Assembly: GCA_964016885.1 (NCBI GenBank)
Contig: OZ024741.1
Location: 317,378,001-317,442,000, forward strand
Source: Eledone cirrhosa
Lineage: Eukaryota
DNA length: 64,000 nt
Reading direction: 5' to 3'
The notes below the pieces were generated by a model that was not told where the DNA came from, did no database searches, and saw only the letters and a list, made by a program, of their open reading frames with translations. Below are positions 12,869-24,980 of the stretch, piece after piece (position 1 is the stretch's first letter; every line of letters begins with the position of its first letter). The position numbers were made by a program, and so were the translations under genes.

Positions 12869-14461
12869 TATAAAAGGGGTTTGATTGGTGTTATGGACTC
12901 TACCAACCAAACATTCAAGAACAAAGAGTAAAGAGAGTAAAGAGCAAAAGCAGGGGACAATAAGTCTAATTTAGGTGTGGGAGGGTGGGGTGTGGGTCCT
13001 TGTTTACTAGCTGTGGTCATATTCATTCCCGGGAGTCGAGTGGTTAGTGGAGCCATAGATGGGGTGGCGTCGATAGTAGGGTGCAGAGGGTGTGCAGAGG
13101 CTACACACACAGAAAGGGCATACAATATATATATAACGGAGGAGAAAGTACATGGGGTAATTAGAAATGGAATAAGAATAATAATAATTTATAGTTAATA
13201 ATGTATAATAAGGCATATGGAAGATTACACTATAATACGATATAAAAGTAAGAATAAAATAAAATATAAGGAGGATAAAAATGAGAATAAAAATAAAAAT
13301 AGAAAAATATATAAAAAATATATAGAGAATATATAAAAAATATAAGCAAGTATGAGAAAGGGAAAAACACAATGTGAAAAAACAGATTTTGTTAAATAAA
13401 AATATTATAAATATGGGGGGAGAAAACGGGAGAGAGAAATATAATCATAATGTGATTAGTTGAGAGGATATAAGATGATAATAAGTGTGTCAAGTTTATA
13501 CATCTTAATAATAAATAATATGTATACTAGAGTTACACATCTTTCAATGCACCTGCAAGTCCAACCTATAGGGCATAGTCCATCGCTCATCTGTGCGGTC
13601 GTGTGTGTTTGCGCTCGACCCCACAACCGATCCACAAGTTCGTAAATTTCAATGCAAATAGAATTCTATTTGTGCTTACCCGGTCATTGACGGAGCATCC
13701 AAAATTCCTAGTTCGTTGCTGACCCAATATGTGTGTAGTGTTATTTTGGTCGCATAAATCAGTCACTTGGTTCTATATTATGGAGTATGGTTTTCTGGTC
13801 TTCGATACACTATCAGTGGTTGTATTTCTCAAAATCACAAGGATCACAGTACTCCGGTTTGGTTTGATTATCGGTCATCCAACTATGTTATTTCTCTCTC
13901 CCGTTTTCTCCCACCATATTTATAATATTTTTATTTAACAAAATCTGTTTTTTCACATTGTGTTTTTCCCTTTCTCATACTTGCTTATATTTTTTATATA
14001 TTCTCTATATATTTTTTATATATTTTTCTATTTTTATTTTTATTCTCATTTTTATCCTCCTTATATTTTATTTTATTCTTACTTTTATATCGTATTATAG
14101 TGTAATCTTCCCTATGCCTTATTATACATTATTAACTATAAATTATTATTATTCTTATTCCATTTCTAATTACCCCATGTACTTTCTCCTGCGTTATATA
14201 TATATTATATGCCCTTTGTGTGGTTGTAGCCTCTGCACACCCTCTGCACCCTACTATCAATGCCACCCCATCTATGGCTCCACTAACCACTCGACTCCTG
14301 GGAATGAATATGACCACAGCTAGTAAACAAGGACCCACACCCCACCCTCCCACACCTAAATTAGACTTATTATCCCCTGCTTTTGCTCTTTACTCTCTTT
14401 ACTCTTTGTTCTTGAATGTTTGGTTGGTAGAGTCCATAACACCAATCAAACCCCTTTTATA

Positions 14462-14506
14462 GCTCTGACGAATCCTACGGTTACGTAAGGAAGAAACATT
14501 GTAAGC
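14462..14506 (+). ncRNA. Type I hammerhead ribozyme
   Basis: gct CTGACGA a-tcctacg-gtta-cgtaagga-a GAAA c-att-g TA agc; minimal stem III; AATAAA immediately downstream. Confidence 0.75.
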
Positions 14507-14792
14507 CAATAAAAAATATTTGATGTTGTAGACGCTCTTGTGTTCTTTTTCATATATACGGCTCTGCTCCAAAGCATTGAGCTAATTATTATACTGCCAA
14601 TACTTTAATGGGACACGGGTATACAATGCCTAACTCCTATTAACCTAAGTATATATATATATTTTTTTTTTTTTTTTTTTTTTTGTTATTATCATTATTT
14701 TCACTATTTGTACAAATATGCAACTTAATATTCTGCATATCCGCAATTGGCAATGCATTTAATGCTGAAACCGGTTTTGTAAATAAATTAAT

Positions 14793-14966
14793 TATTTCTA
14801 CTTTTGGCACAAGGCCAGCAATTATCCCAGTGCATTACTGGTACTTTATTTCATCGACCCCGTACGGATGAAAGGCAAAGTTAACCTCGGCGGGATTTGA
14901 ACTCAGACCATAAAGGGCCGTAACGCTTTGCGTCAAAGCTTCTACCGATACTGCCAATCCACCGCA
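14793..14966 (-). mobile_element. tRNA-derived SINE (MetaSINE-like core) with 21-bp TSD
   Basis: A box TGGCAGTATCGG, B box GAGTTCAAATCC, core GCCTTTCATCC..GGGGTCGAT.AAATAAAGTACC; TSD CGGTTTTGTAAATAAATTAAT at 14772 and 14967. Confidence 0.9.
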
Positions 14967-15414
14967 CGGTTTTGTAAATAAATTAATGCTTCGAAATTTC
15001 ACTAAAAGTATCTCTTCAACATTTTCTACTGAAAAAATCTTTTTCCTTTCTACTATTTGTTTTTATATATATCAACTCGTGTGTTACCTTTTTACATTCG
15101 TTATATATATATATATAATAATAAATTTGAAGACTAAAATTCTAAGAGGGCTCGATAAGGATAAATATATATCAGATATATAAGAACCGTAGAGCAAATA
15201 TTTATTAAAATAACAGATTAAAGTTATTTTAATAAATATATATATATAAGTTAAAACAATGAAATAAAAAAATCAAGGCATTAGAGATATACTTCACTGC
15301 TTTACGATCGTTTCATATTTCAACATATCGATGATTACATTGAGTTCTTCATACAGAATAGACCCCACAACTTACAGTGGATACCTCTGTAAATATATAT
15401 ATATATACAAGTAT

Positions 15415-15473
15415 GTAAATATAAGTATGTATGTATACGTACATACATATATGTATACAGACGTACAGTAGCA

Positions 15474-15515
<42 letters not shown>

Positions 15516-15901
15516 CAGGTACACATACATATATGCACGCATCAGTTTAGCAGACGCTTATTATAACGCCGCTTTGTTCGTTTGTAAACAAACTGAACAG
15601 CCTGAATTTATGCCATACGGTGTTAAGGCAACCACGTCACCTTTTTGTTCAACACTGACACAGGAACGATGTACTAGTTTCAAGCTTGTTAGCTATCATC
15701 AGCACCGTATCCCCATCTGCCAGATAGTTGAACGTTCGAAAGTATATACTTTCCTTATGAAAATTAACGGCTGAGCAGCCTAATTTGCATATTGAGTGAG
15801 TTAAATCGGTCAGGCATACCGAAAACGATAAGTTGAAAAAATGAAAACGAAATTTCATTTCTCACTCGTGAGAAATGAAATTTCGTTTTCATTTTTTCAA
15901 C
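15415..15901 (-). mobile_element. Retrozyme-like 461-nt family, ~1 monomer with a 34-bp 5' fold-back
   Basis: Homologous to 34165-35261; hammerhead at 15666-15708; palindrome at 15832-15901. Confidence 0.8.
15666..15708 (-). ncRNA. Minimal type I hammerhead ribozyme
   Basis: Minus strand: acggtg CTGATGA t-agct-aaca-agct-t GAAA ctag TA catcgt; palindromic ACTAGT stem III. Confidence 0.88.
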
Positions 15902-15917
15902 AGTATGTAAATATATA

Positions 15918-16005
<88 letters not shown>

Positions 16006-16035
16006 TATATATATGTGTGTATGTGTTTTTGTATA

Positions 16036-16886
16036 CAGGGCTGCTCAGTGCTCAGTCCATTGAGGACACGCCTTTTAATAACTCTAACGTTTTTCTGATT
16101 ATCATTTCATTTCAGATAAATGGTGACAGGCATCAAGCTAATTCAGCAAATTAAAGTACGCTGTCGATGTTATCTTAAAGCCAGAACATAGTGATTTAGA
16201 GATTGCTCGCTTTCTGAAAGTGGCGCTGTCTTTCGTTGTCAAATTTCGCAAAGGGCTGGAAGCCGCTGGCGGTGATTCTATGGCAGTAACCAAACGTAAA
16301 ACGTCTACTAAGGGTCATAATACCATCCAAAGACGCACATTTATACGAAAAGTGCAGAGAATTATTGATAATAACTCAAGAAAATCAATTAGCGCCATTA
16401 CTAAGCAAACTATCAAAGAATTGTGCCAGTTATATGTGATGCGGAGAGGTCAACTCATATCTGCAAAGACGTAAGCTAACCGTCTGATACGCACAAAAAG
16501 CTTGTTCAGCAAGTGGAGACATCATCAGCCTGCAAAGCTATCGTCACCCCAAACATATGACCTCCTATCTCACCAGACCTGAATCCATTCGACTACTACG
16601 TATGGAGTGAAGTCGAGTGGGAAGTCAATTAACACCCCCATAACACTGTAATATCTCTGTAATCCGCCATAATTAGTACAATGTTCAGAAATAGATCATC
16701 TGATTCAGACATGCCAACGTTTCATGTCTCGTATTGAAGCAGTCATCGATGTTAACGGCGGATTCATTAAATAGAGGCGTCTCAAGTTTATTCATATCAA
16801 TTTCTTCTCAAATAAGCGCTTCTTTCACGATGTATGCGTCTTTTATTAAAGTCATTTAAATCTCCTCATAGAACTGAGCAACCCTG
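16036..16886 (+). mobile_element. Internally deleted Tc1/mariner-superfamily DNA transposon
   Basis: TA|CAGGGCTGCTCAG ... CTGAGCAACCCTG|TA terminal inverted repeats; PPISPDLNPFDYYVWS motif at ~16560-16608. Confidence 0.85.
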
Positions 16887-16899
16887 TATGTAGGTATGT

Positions 16900-16947
<48 letters not shown>

Positions 16948-17449
16948 AAGAAAGTGTGGTAAGAAACCTGGTGGACCATAACGCACCAGAGTACTCGATA
17001 CTTAAGGTAGTAGAGTGGGTAATAGAAAAAAGTCGGGACTCCGACGGCTGAGCTCCGGTCCCGACTCTTTTCCTATATATATGTGTGTGTGTGTGTGTGT
17101 GTTTGTGTGTGTGTGCGCGCCTGGCAACCGCTTTGGGCAGCCACAATCAAGGGGACTCCGAACTTAGCCCGGAGTCCCAAAAAAGATTTTTATTGTTTTC
17201 TATCGATTTTTATCTACTCGAGATGGTCCAGAATAGTCTTCGACCTATTCGTATTTATCGTTGTTGTGGCATAAATATGGCCAGATGCATTTGGTTGCTT
17301 TTCTTGGTGTCACACTTTCTTAACTTTGTGTTTACTATGGACGACAATGTATTAACTTCTCGCACCTCTGTGCTTTGTGGCTGCCTCTAGCAATTCGATT
17401 GGTATCTGCTATCCTGCGGCTACGACTTCAATTTATATCTCTTATAGAT

Positions 17450-17678
<229 letters not shown>

Positions 17679-17729
17679 TATACTCCTCTTCCCCGACGTT
17701 GAAGGAAGGATAAATATTTAGCATACATA

Positions 17730-17960
17730 TTGGAAACTGTACAAATACACACTAAGAATATTCCATGGAGGTCTACATCAACAAGTTTGGTAACTATATT
17801 AATATTAAGCCCTAAACCCTTCAATGTGGGCATTATAGACTCCAACATTGGTTTGTATCGAGAAGATGGATTAATAATATCATACCATAGTGACGCCCTT
17901 GATACTTTTGAATGGATCTCCTTGTTGTATTTAAAGGATTGGGGGTAAATATTAATGGAA
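17730..17960. pseudogene. Scrambled Penelope-like RT fragments
   Basis: Plus strand NIGLYREDGLII (YxDD-like); minus strand KGVTM and LKGLGLNINIVTKLVD. Confidence 0.5.
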
Positions 17961-17989
17961 AGTATATATATATGTGTGTGTGTATACAT

Positions 17990-18031
<42 letters not shown>

Positions 18032-18820
18032 AAGATGAATATAAAATGAAAGTGCTTTTATAAAGGAATTTATTAGGTATTGACATATGTTTCTGTAACA
18101 GACGGAATACCTATGTATCGCTGCTTGCGTAATCATATAATGTTAGCAAGTATTCGATAGAAAATGTATAATCAGTTGTCACTTCTTCAGAGATATTGGA
18201 TAAATTGGAAAAAATCAGAAAAATTGAAGTATTTATATTAGTTGTAAGAAAGGAAGAAGAGAGGGGATAGTATATGACAGATGGCAATTCAATTTACTGG
18301 TATATAAAAGGTTTCTAATGAGAATACAATGAGTATATGGTTTATTTTATCTAAATAAGAATTTTTGGGAGTGCCTATTTTAATCTATACTTGACCAATT
18401 GAACAATGGACAGGGCTGGTCGTTTGGTGTAGTAGTATTAATAGATATAAAGTGTCAATTAAGGAAGAGGGAGATTTTCACTGCTACTGAATAACAACAA
18501 TGCTGGTAGCCTGCTGGTATATGCATTAGGGAATTGAATTAAGAAATCTCATTTTATCTATAGCAGTTTATATTAAATGGTAAAGAATAGAAGAGTTGAT
18601 AGAATTAAGACTAATAGAGAATGTTAATACGTATTTTGACAATCAAACGGAGATGGAGACAGGCGTTTAATCCTGGTAGTGTTTGTAATATGAAAATGTA
18701 GATTTCAAGCGATGGTTACAGTATAACGATCGCTATTCTGTTATTTAATAAAATATTTTTGGATTTCATAATACAAAATAATTCCATATTACACAATTTA
18801 CAAAATGCCTGTCCGTGGGA

Positions 18821-19930
18821 GTATGCAAAGAGGTTAATTTCAATGATGTTACTTTGAATCTCAATACAGAAACGATTAAACCGTTCCATAAACTAAATGA
18901 GAACCTTAAATATGTAAATACGGGTTCTAACCATCCACCCTCTATAATTAAATCCATCCCTAGAAATATTTCCCTTAGAATCTCCCGCCTGTCGTCCAAC
19001 CAGCAAACCTTCAAAGAACATGCCGAATATTATGATGATGCACTTAGGAAGGCTGGACACCTAGATAATATAGAGTATATAGTCGACGATCATCAAAACA
19101 CCCAAAATAAATCTCATAGAGGTAGAAATAGCATAGAATCACCACCATACATACACTACCGCAATAGACACACTAATAGTCGCACACCACCAAACAGAAG
19201 GCGATGTAAAGAGTATATATGGTACAACCCAGTCTATAACAACTCTATTAAAATCAATCTACCCTCACAATTCTTTCGATTAGTTAAAAAACACTTTCCA
19301 ACATCACATAAATATAATAAAATCTTAAACCATAACACTATTCGACTTTCATATTCAACCGCCCCTAATATTGAACAACATATAAAAAAGCTTAACGCAA
19401 AACGGTTGTATAAACGCCTTCCAACACATAACAATACACGTGAAACATCGGCGATAACATCACAAAACGACAAACAACATCCCGTCCTACCTAAGCAACC
19501 TCATCAACCCATCCATGCCAATACAACAACGCAAAATTATAACTGTAACTGTGTCCAACCAGGAATGTGTCCGTTGAACAATCAGTGTCTTGAACGCAAC
19601 ATCATATACAAATGTACTATCGAATCGGATAGCCAAAAGTGGTACTATGTGGGGTCTAGAGCTACCTCCTTCAAATCTCGCCTTTATAGACATCGTTACT
19701 CGATAAAACATGAAAACCAGCGTTATGTAACAACACTCGCAGACAAGGCTTGGCAGCTGCGCGAATACCCAACAATTTAACCTAAGATGGGATATAATAG
19801 CCCCTGTCCCTGCATATAATCCCACGGACAGGAATTTTGTAAATTGTGTAATATGGAATTATTTTATATTATGAAATCCAAAAATATTTTATTAAATAAC
19901 AGAATAGCGATTGTTATACTGTAACCATCG
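18821..19930 (+). pseudogene. PLE RT C-terminus, Cys-linker and GIY-YIG endonuclease (Nematis/Neptune-like), frameshifted near 19780
   Basis: VNFNDVTLNL..KP..YVNTGSNHPP; WYNP; KHFP..YS; CNC..CPL..C..NIIYKC..YYVGS..SFKSRLYRH; CKLC..E..LLN in the next frame. Confidence 0.88.
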
Positions 19931-20444
19931 CTTGAAATCTACATTTTCATATTACAAACACTACCAGGATTGAACGCCTGTCTCCATCTCCGTTTGATTG
20001 TCAAAATACGTATTAACATTCTCTATTAGTCCTAATTCTATCAACTCTTCTATTCTTTACCATTTAATATAAACTGCTATAGATAAAATGAGATTTCTTA
20101 ATTCAATTCCCTAATGCATATACCAGCAGGCTACCAGCATTGTTGTTATTCAGTAGCAGTGAAAATCTCTCTCTTCCTTAATTGACACTTTATATCTATT
20201 AATACTACTACACCAAACGACCAGCCCTGTCCATTGTTCAATTGGTCAAGTATAGATTAAAATAGGCACTCCCAAAAATTCTTATTTAGATAAAATAAAC
20301 CATATACTCATTGTATTCTCATTAGAAACATTTTATATACCAGTAAATTGAATTGCCATCTGTCATATACTATCCCCTCTCTTCTTCCTTTCTTACAACT
20401 AATATAAATACTTCAATTTTTCTGATTTTTTCCAATTTATCCAA

Positions 20445-20566
20445 TATCTCTGAAGAAGTGACAACTGATTATACATTTTCTATCGAATACTTGCTAACAT
20501 TATATGATTACACAAGCAGCGATACATAGGTATTCCGTCTGTTACAGAAACATATGTCAATACCTA
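20445..20566 (+). ncRNA. Hammerhead ribozyme-like motif with long loop II (mirror copy at 18074-18195, minus strand)
   Basis: CTGAAGA a-gtgaca...tgttac-a GAAA catatg TC; palindromic ACATATGT stem III; canonical stem I is weak. Confidence 0.6.
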
Positions 20567-20697
20567 ATAAATTCCTTTATAAAAGCACTTTCATTTTATA
20601 TTCATCTTTTCTACATTTTCTCCGGAATATAATTTATACACGTACGCTGTTCATCTCTAACGTGACGATATATTATCACTACATTATTGATAACCTG

Positions 20698-20790
<93 letters not shown>

Positions 20791-20902
20791 TTGAAAAAGG
20801 GGAAAGAATGACTTCACTTTTAATGGTAAATAATTTAATTTAATTTTATAATATTATAAAATTATATTTCAAATATACCTAACTGTACCAAGGATCTCAC
20901 AC

Positions 20903-21013
<111 letters not shown>

Positions 21014-21088
21014 ATATATACATATATATAGGGAAATAGGGATAGAGAGAAAGATAATTATAGATAAATAGATAAATAGATAAATAGA

Positions 21089-21190
21089 TGTTTCTTTATT
21101 TGCCACAAGGGCGCAAAAAGAGGGGGACAAATACAGAGTGGGGAGGTTACATACATGCGTGTAAAAAAATAGAATTAATAAAAATAACAA
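21089..21190 (-). mobile_element. Tx1-like LINE 3' tail fragment
   Basis: TTTCTTTATTTGCCACAAGGGCGCAAAAAGAGGGGGACAAATAC preceded by GATA-like repeats. Confidence 0.7.
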
Positions 21191-21261
21191 ATAACAAATA
21201 ACACTGTGTCTATGGCATACAATATGTATATCTGTGTGTTTATATGATATATACGTGTGTT

Positions 21262-21292
<31 letters not shown>

Positions 21293-21554
21293 TTATATAG
21301 ACAGACAGATAGATAAATTTCTTTATTAGCCACAAGGGCACAAAAGAAGGGGACAAATACAAATGGGGAGTTTACAATATGGTATATGAAAATAAAACTA
21401 TTAATAAAATAACAAATAACAATTGAAATCCTCAATAGGGGGAGGTGTTACACAGGGGTTGTACACACCCCGAAAAAATGGACAACCCTCATCTCCAGGA
21501 GCACCAACAGTGAGTACCCCTTCCTCTCTTCCTCTTTTTACTCAACCTACAGGT

Positions 21555-24500
21555 TTATATAAAGAGAAGGCCCAACCACTCGGGCCATCCTTGCCCATTC
21601 ACCCACCTTTCGTAAAATGTGCTGGGGTTCAGCACCTCTCTCTCCATCCTGATTCTTCTTCTAAAATGATATTTGAAGAAGCGAACCAGTTGGTCGCCGG
21701 AGAGAAAGGTGTCTGACCTCAGCCCTTTAAGTCTCGTCCACCATATAACCTCTTTCGCCATAGCTATCACACAGAGGAAAACCGCCTCTCCCTCGTTTTT
21801 GAAGGAAGGTGGCGGTTTGATCGCAATAATGGACACGGTGGTCAACTGGATTTGTCCCACCTGCGACAGTAGTCGTTCTACATAGCTCCACCGGTCGGTA
21901 ACGCCTGGGCAGTGTACGAATGCGTGCGCGACGGTTTCCTCGTCCCGCACGCATCTCGGACAGATCTTTTTCGAGGGGTCCCTGCCCGGGCGCCCGTGTC
22001 TGTAGAGCTTGTCTCGAACAGGTAGAGCTCCTCGGTAGCACTGCCAGGCCAGGGACTTTTGGAAGTTGTCCATCGGACTCGGGCGGAATGTCCTACCAAA
22101 CAGACTGGCCAGTTCGTCTTCCTCTACGCCTAGAGTTTCTCCGAGTGTCGTCGCACGTGCTGCGGACCAGCCCTTTATAGAATGACGAGGTGGAGTCTCC
22201 ACTGATAGCCGGGTCCGTTTGCCAGAGGACTGTGAGCGCCTGAGCACATTCAATGTGCCAGTCGCTCATTTTCCTCGGTCTTTGCTTGACCCAGGACTGC
22301 AGCTCGGTCAGCGAGACGATTCGCGGTTGTTCGGTGAGAAATACGTGGAGGTGCCGCAGCCTGAGTGCATGTTTGCGCATCGTCAGCCATGGCATCCCAG
22401 CCCTCCGTTTGAAAGGTGTTGACAGCAGATGGATCTTCTCACCAAAAGAGCCCGCTTCTTCCAAAGGAATTGGAAGAGCGCGCGCTCCATTTTGGTGAGC
22501 GTTTTATTTGGACAAGGCACGACGGTCAAGCGGTAGTAGATGACGGACGCTAAGAAAGCTTCGCCATCTCCACTCGACCTTTCAAGGATAGTTTACACTC
22601 GGCCCACTTCTGGGCGAGCGCAAAACCTTGGCCGTCACCACGTTCCAGTTTTTCTCCACCTGGAGGTCCGGTCCGAACCAGACCCCGAGCAGCTTCACCG
22701 GTCCCTCCGTCCAGCGTCCGACGCCGCCGTCGGAAGGTATCGGTTTTCCTCTCCACGATCCGAGTTGCAAACCGACGGACTTGTCCCGGTTCAGCTTCGT
22801 TCCTGTGAACCTTTCGTATTCCTTCAGTAAGGTGACGACTTCCCCGATTTGCAAGGTGCTCGACACCATTACTGTCACGTCGTCGGCGTAGGCCGACGCC
22901 GCTTTTCGCAGTCCCCGTTCCAACGGGATGCCCTGCAGTAGCTCCAGCTTCCGCAGTAGTGGCTCGAGAGTCAGTACATACAGAAGGGAGGAGATGGGAC
23001 ATCCCTGTCGGATGGATTGCTTGATTTGGAACGGCTCTGAGAGGTAGCCATTCACCTTGACCCTTGAGCAGATGTTGCTGCTGTGCATGGCAGCAATCCA
23101 GCCCCTGAACACGGGTCCGAAGCCTGCCGCCGCGAGCACTGCATCCAGGTAACGATGGTCGACTCTATCGAATGCCTTAGACTGATCCAAATTTTTCAGT
23201 GCCCCACCGAAGCCGGGTTCACACCCCACCCTCTCTACAATGTATCGCATGAGGGGGAGGTTGTCGTGTCTGGACCTGGTCGAGATTGAGCATGTCTGCG
23301 CTTCTCCCACCATGTTTTCGACGACAAGCGCCAGCCTCTTTGCTAACACCTTGGCCGAAATCTGTAACTCTGTATTTAGCAGAGTTATGGGCCTGAAGTT
23401 ATTAATGTCGTCCCCCTTGTTCTCGTCCTTCCTGACTAGCGTGACTACGCCCTTGGTCACAGAACTGGGAATTCTCCCGTTCTGCTGCCAGTTGCAGTAG
23501 AGCGCTTCGAGGAGACCGGGGAACAAGTCCGGCATTGCTACGTAAAATTCGTAGGGTAGACCGTCGAGACCTGGCGATTTGCATTTGCCGCATTGGCTCA
23601 GCGCGTCCCCTATCTCAGCGGCCGAAATCGGCCTTTCGCAGAACTTCGCCTCTCCGTCCGAGAGTCGCGGCAGGCCGCCGAGGTATGGACCGAAATTCAT
23701 AGCCCCTCCCGGCGCGTCACCCTGCCCGAACAGTTGTGCAAAGTGTCGCTGAAAGGCCGCGCACATCTGCTTCGGTTTAGGTATCACGCGTCCGTCTTGG
23801 TCCTTCAAAGACCGAATCGTGGACTTGTTGCCAATTTTCGCCTCTGTCACTCAGGCCCAGTTAACAGCTTTGGCTCCCTCATTTCCCAGAGCACGTGTTT
23901 TACTCCTGACAACGCAGCCTTCGTGCTTTGCTCGAAGAACTGGTTCAGGGCCGTTCTTGTCGCTAACACGTTAGCTATGCTGCCACTCCTAATCGCCTTT
24001 TCTACTTTATCTACCAGTCCTTTTTCAGTGGTATTCCTATCTAACGCTAGTTCTTTACTAAAGCCTATCGATTCTAATCTAATTACTCTCTTAAGAGAGC
24101 ACCACCACCTGTTGTTGACAATTGCCCCCGTCAACTGCTGCTTAACTAAAGTGCTAATCCGACTACTGTATGCTTTACGTGTCGGTAACGACAGGTTCAG
24201 CTTCCAGTAGCCGGGTCCCTACCTATGGGTTCTATCAAGGTTGACTACGCAGGTCACTAGTTTATGATCTGAATAGGCAACCATGAACATGTGTGGACAG
24301 CTTAATATGTCCCTATCTCTATCTCTAATTAGAAACCTATCTAAGTACGATCTAGATGTCCCGTAAGGTTCGTCCACGTCCACAGTGGCGCAGTCGGGAA
24401 ATCTAGTCGGTATCTATCGGCCAGTTGAAATCAGCCGATTAACTGTTTGAGGCTGTTACACCCCCCTCTATAGGGACATGCTCCCACATAATCCCAACGT

Positions 24501-24943
24501 GCATCTAGGATTCCATTCTAGTCCTGCACTAAAAGCAAGGAGCGGGACGTTCCCAGAAAAGTCTCCAGACGTTTGAAGAAGTCTGGCCGCGATGTCCCGG
24601 ATGGGGCGTATACGGCCACCAGTCTGAAGGCTCCACCTTCACTACTGCTGACGTCTAGGACCACCAGTCGACCCTCCGGGTCCAGATGTACCGTCTGTGT
24701 CACGAGGTCCAGGTGTTTCCGCAGCAAAACGGCAACCCCGCCCCCACCTCCCGGCTGACAGAGAGATGCGTAGATCTCAACGTTGTCGAAGATATGGGCC
24801 AGCTGCCGCTCGCTGTGGATCCTGGACTCGCAAATGACTGCGACATCCATACTGTGCGACCTGAGGTCGTTTAAGAGTTTGCCCTGTTTCAAGGGCATCC
24901 CCAGGCCACGCACATTCAGACATCCGACTTTTATATTGGCCAT
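21555..24943 (-). pseudogene. Tx1 ORF2: APE endonuclease, reverse transcriptase and C-terminal Cys/His domain (frameshifted)
   Basis: MANIKVGCLNVRGL..; VAVYAP; KSPGLDGLPYEFY; NFRPITLLN; LDQSKAFDRVDH; RQGCP.S; YADD; CPRC..ETVAHAFVHCP. Confidence 0.93.
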
Positions 24944-24980
24944 GTTGGTGAGGAAGAGTTAGAAAAGAAGAGGAAAGAAT

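Larger units (their letters stand above)
12773..14557 (+). mobile_element. Penelope-type element with ~668-bp inverted pLTR arms (12773-13440 / 13890-14557)
   Basis: Arms are near-identical reverse complements (mirror ORFs in the track); each carries a hammerhead near its outer end; TA-rich borders. Confidence 0.75.
11424..15048. repeat. Outer diverged inverted repeat (11424-11548 vs 14727-15048, right arm split by a SINE)
   Basis: AAGGAAAAAGATTTTTCAGTAGAAAATG...GCAGAATATT is complementary to AATATTCTGC...[SINE]...CATTTTCTACTGAAAAAATCTTTTTCCTT. Confidence 0.8.
18027..20700 (+). mobile_element. 5'-truncated Penelope-like element with 794-bp inverted pLTR (18027-18820 / 19820-20613)
   Basis: Arms are near-perfect reverse complements; (TA)n flanks; RT thumb plus GIY-YIG between the arms. 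Confidence 0.9.

Noticed and set aside
15198-15239. 17-bp AT-rich hairpin as a terminator
   Set aside because: Eukaryotic, AT-only context; counted only as a minor fold-back
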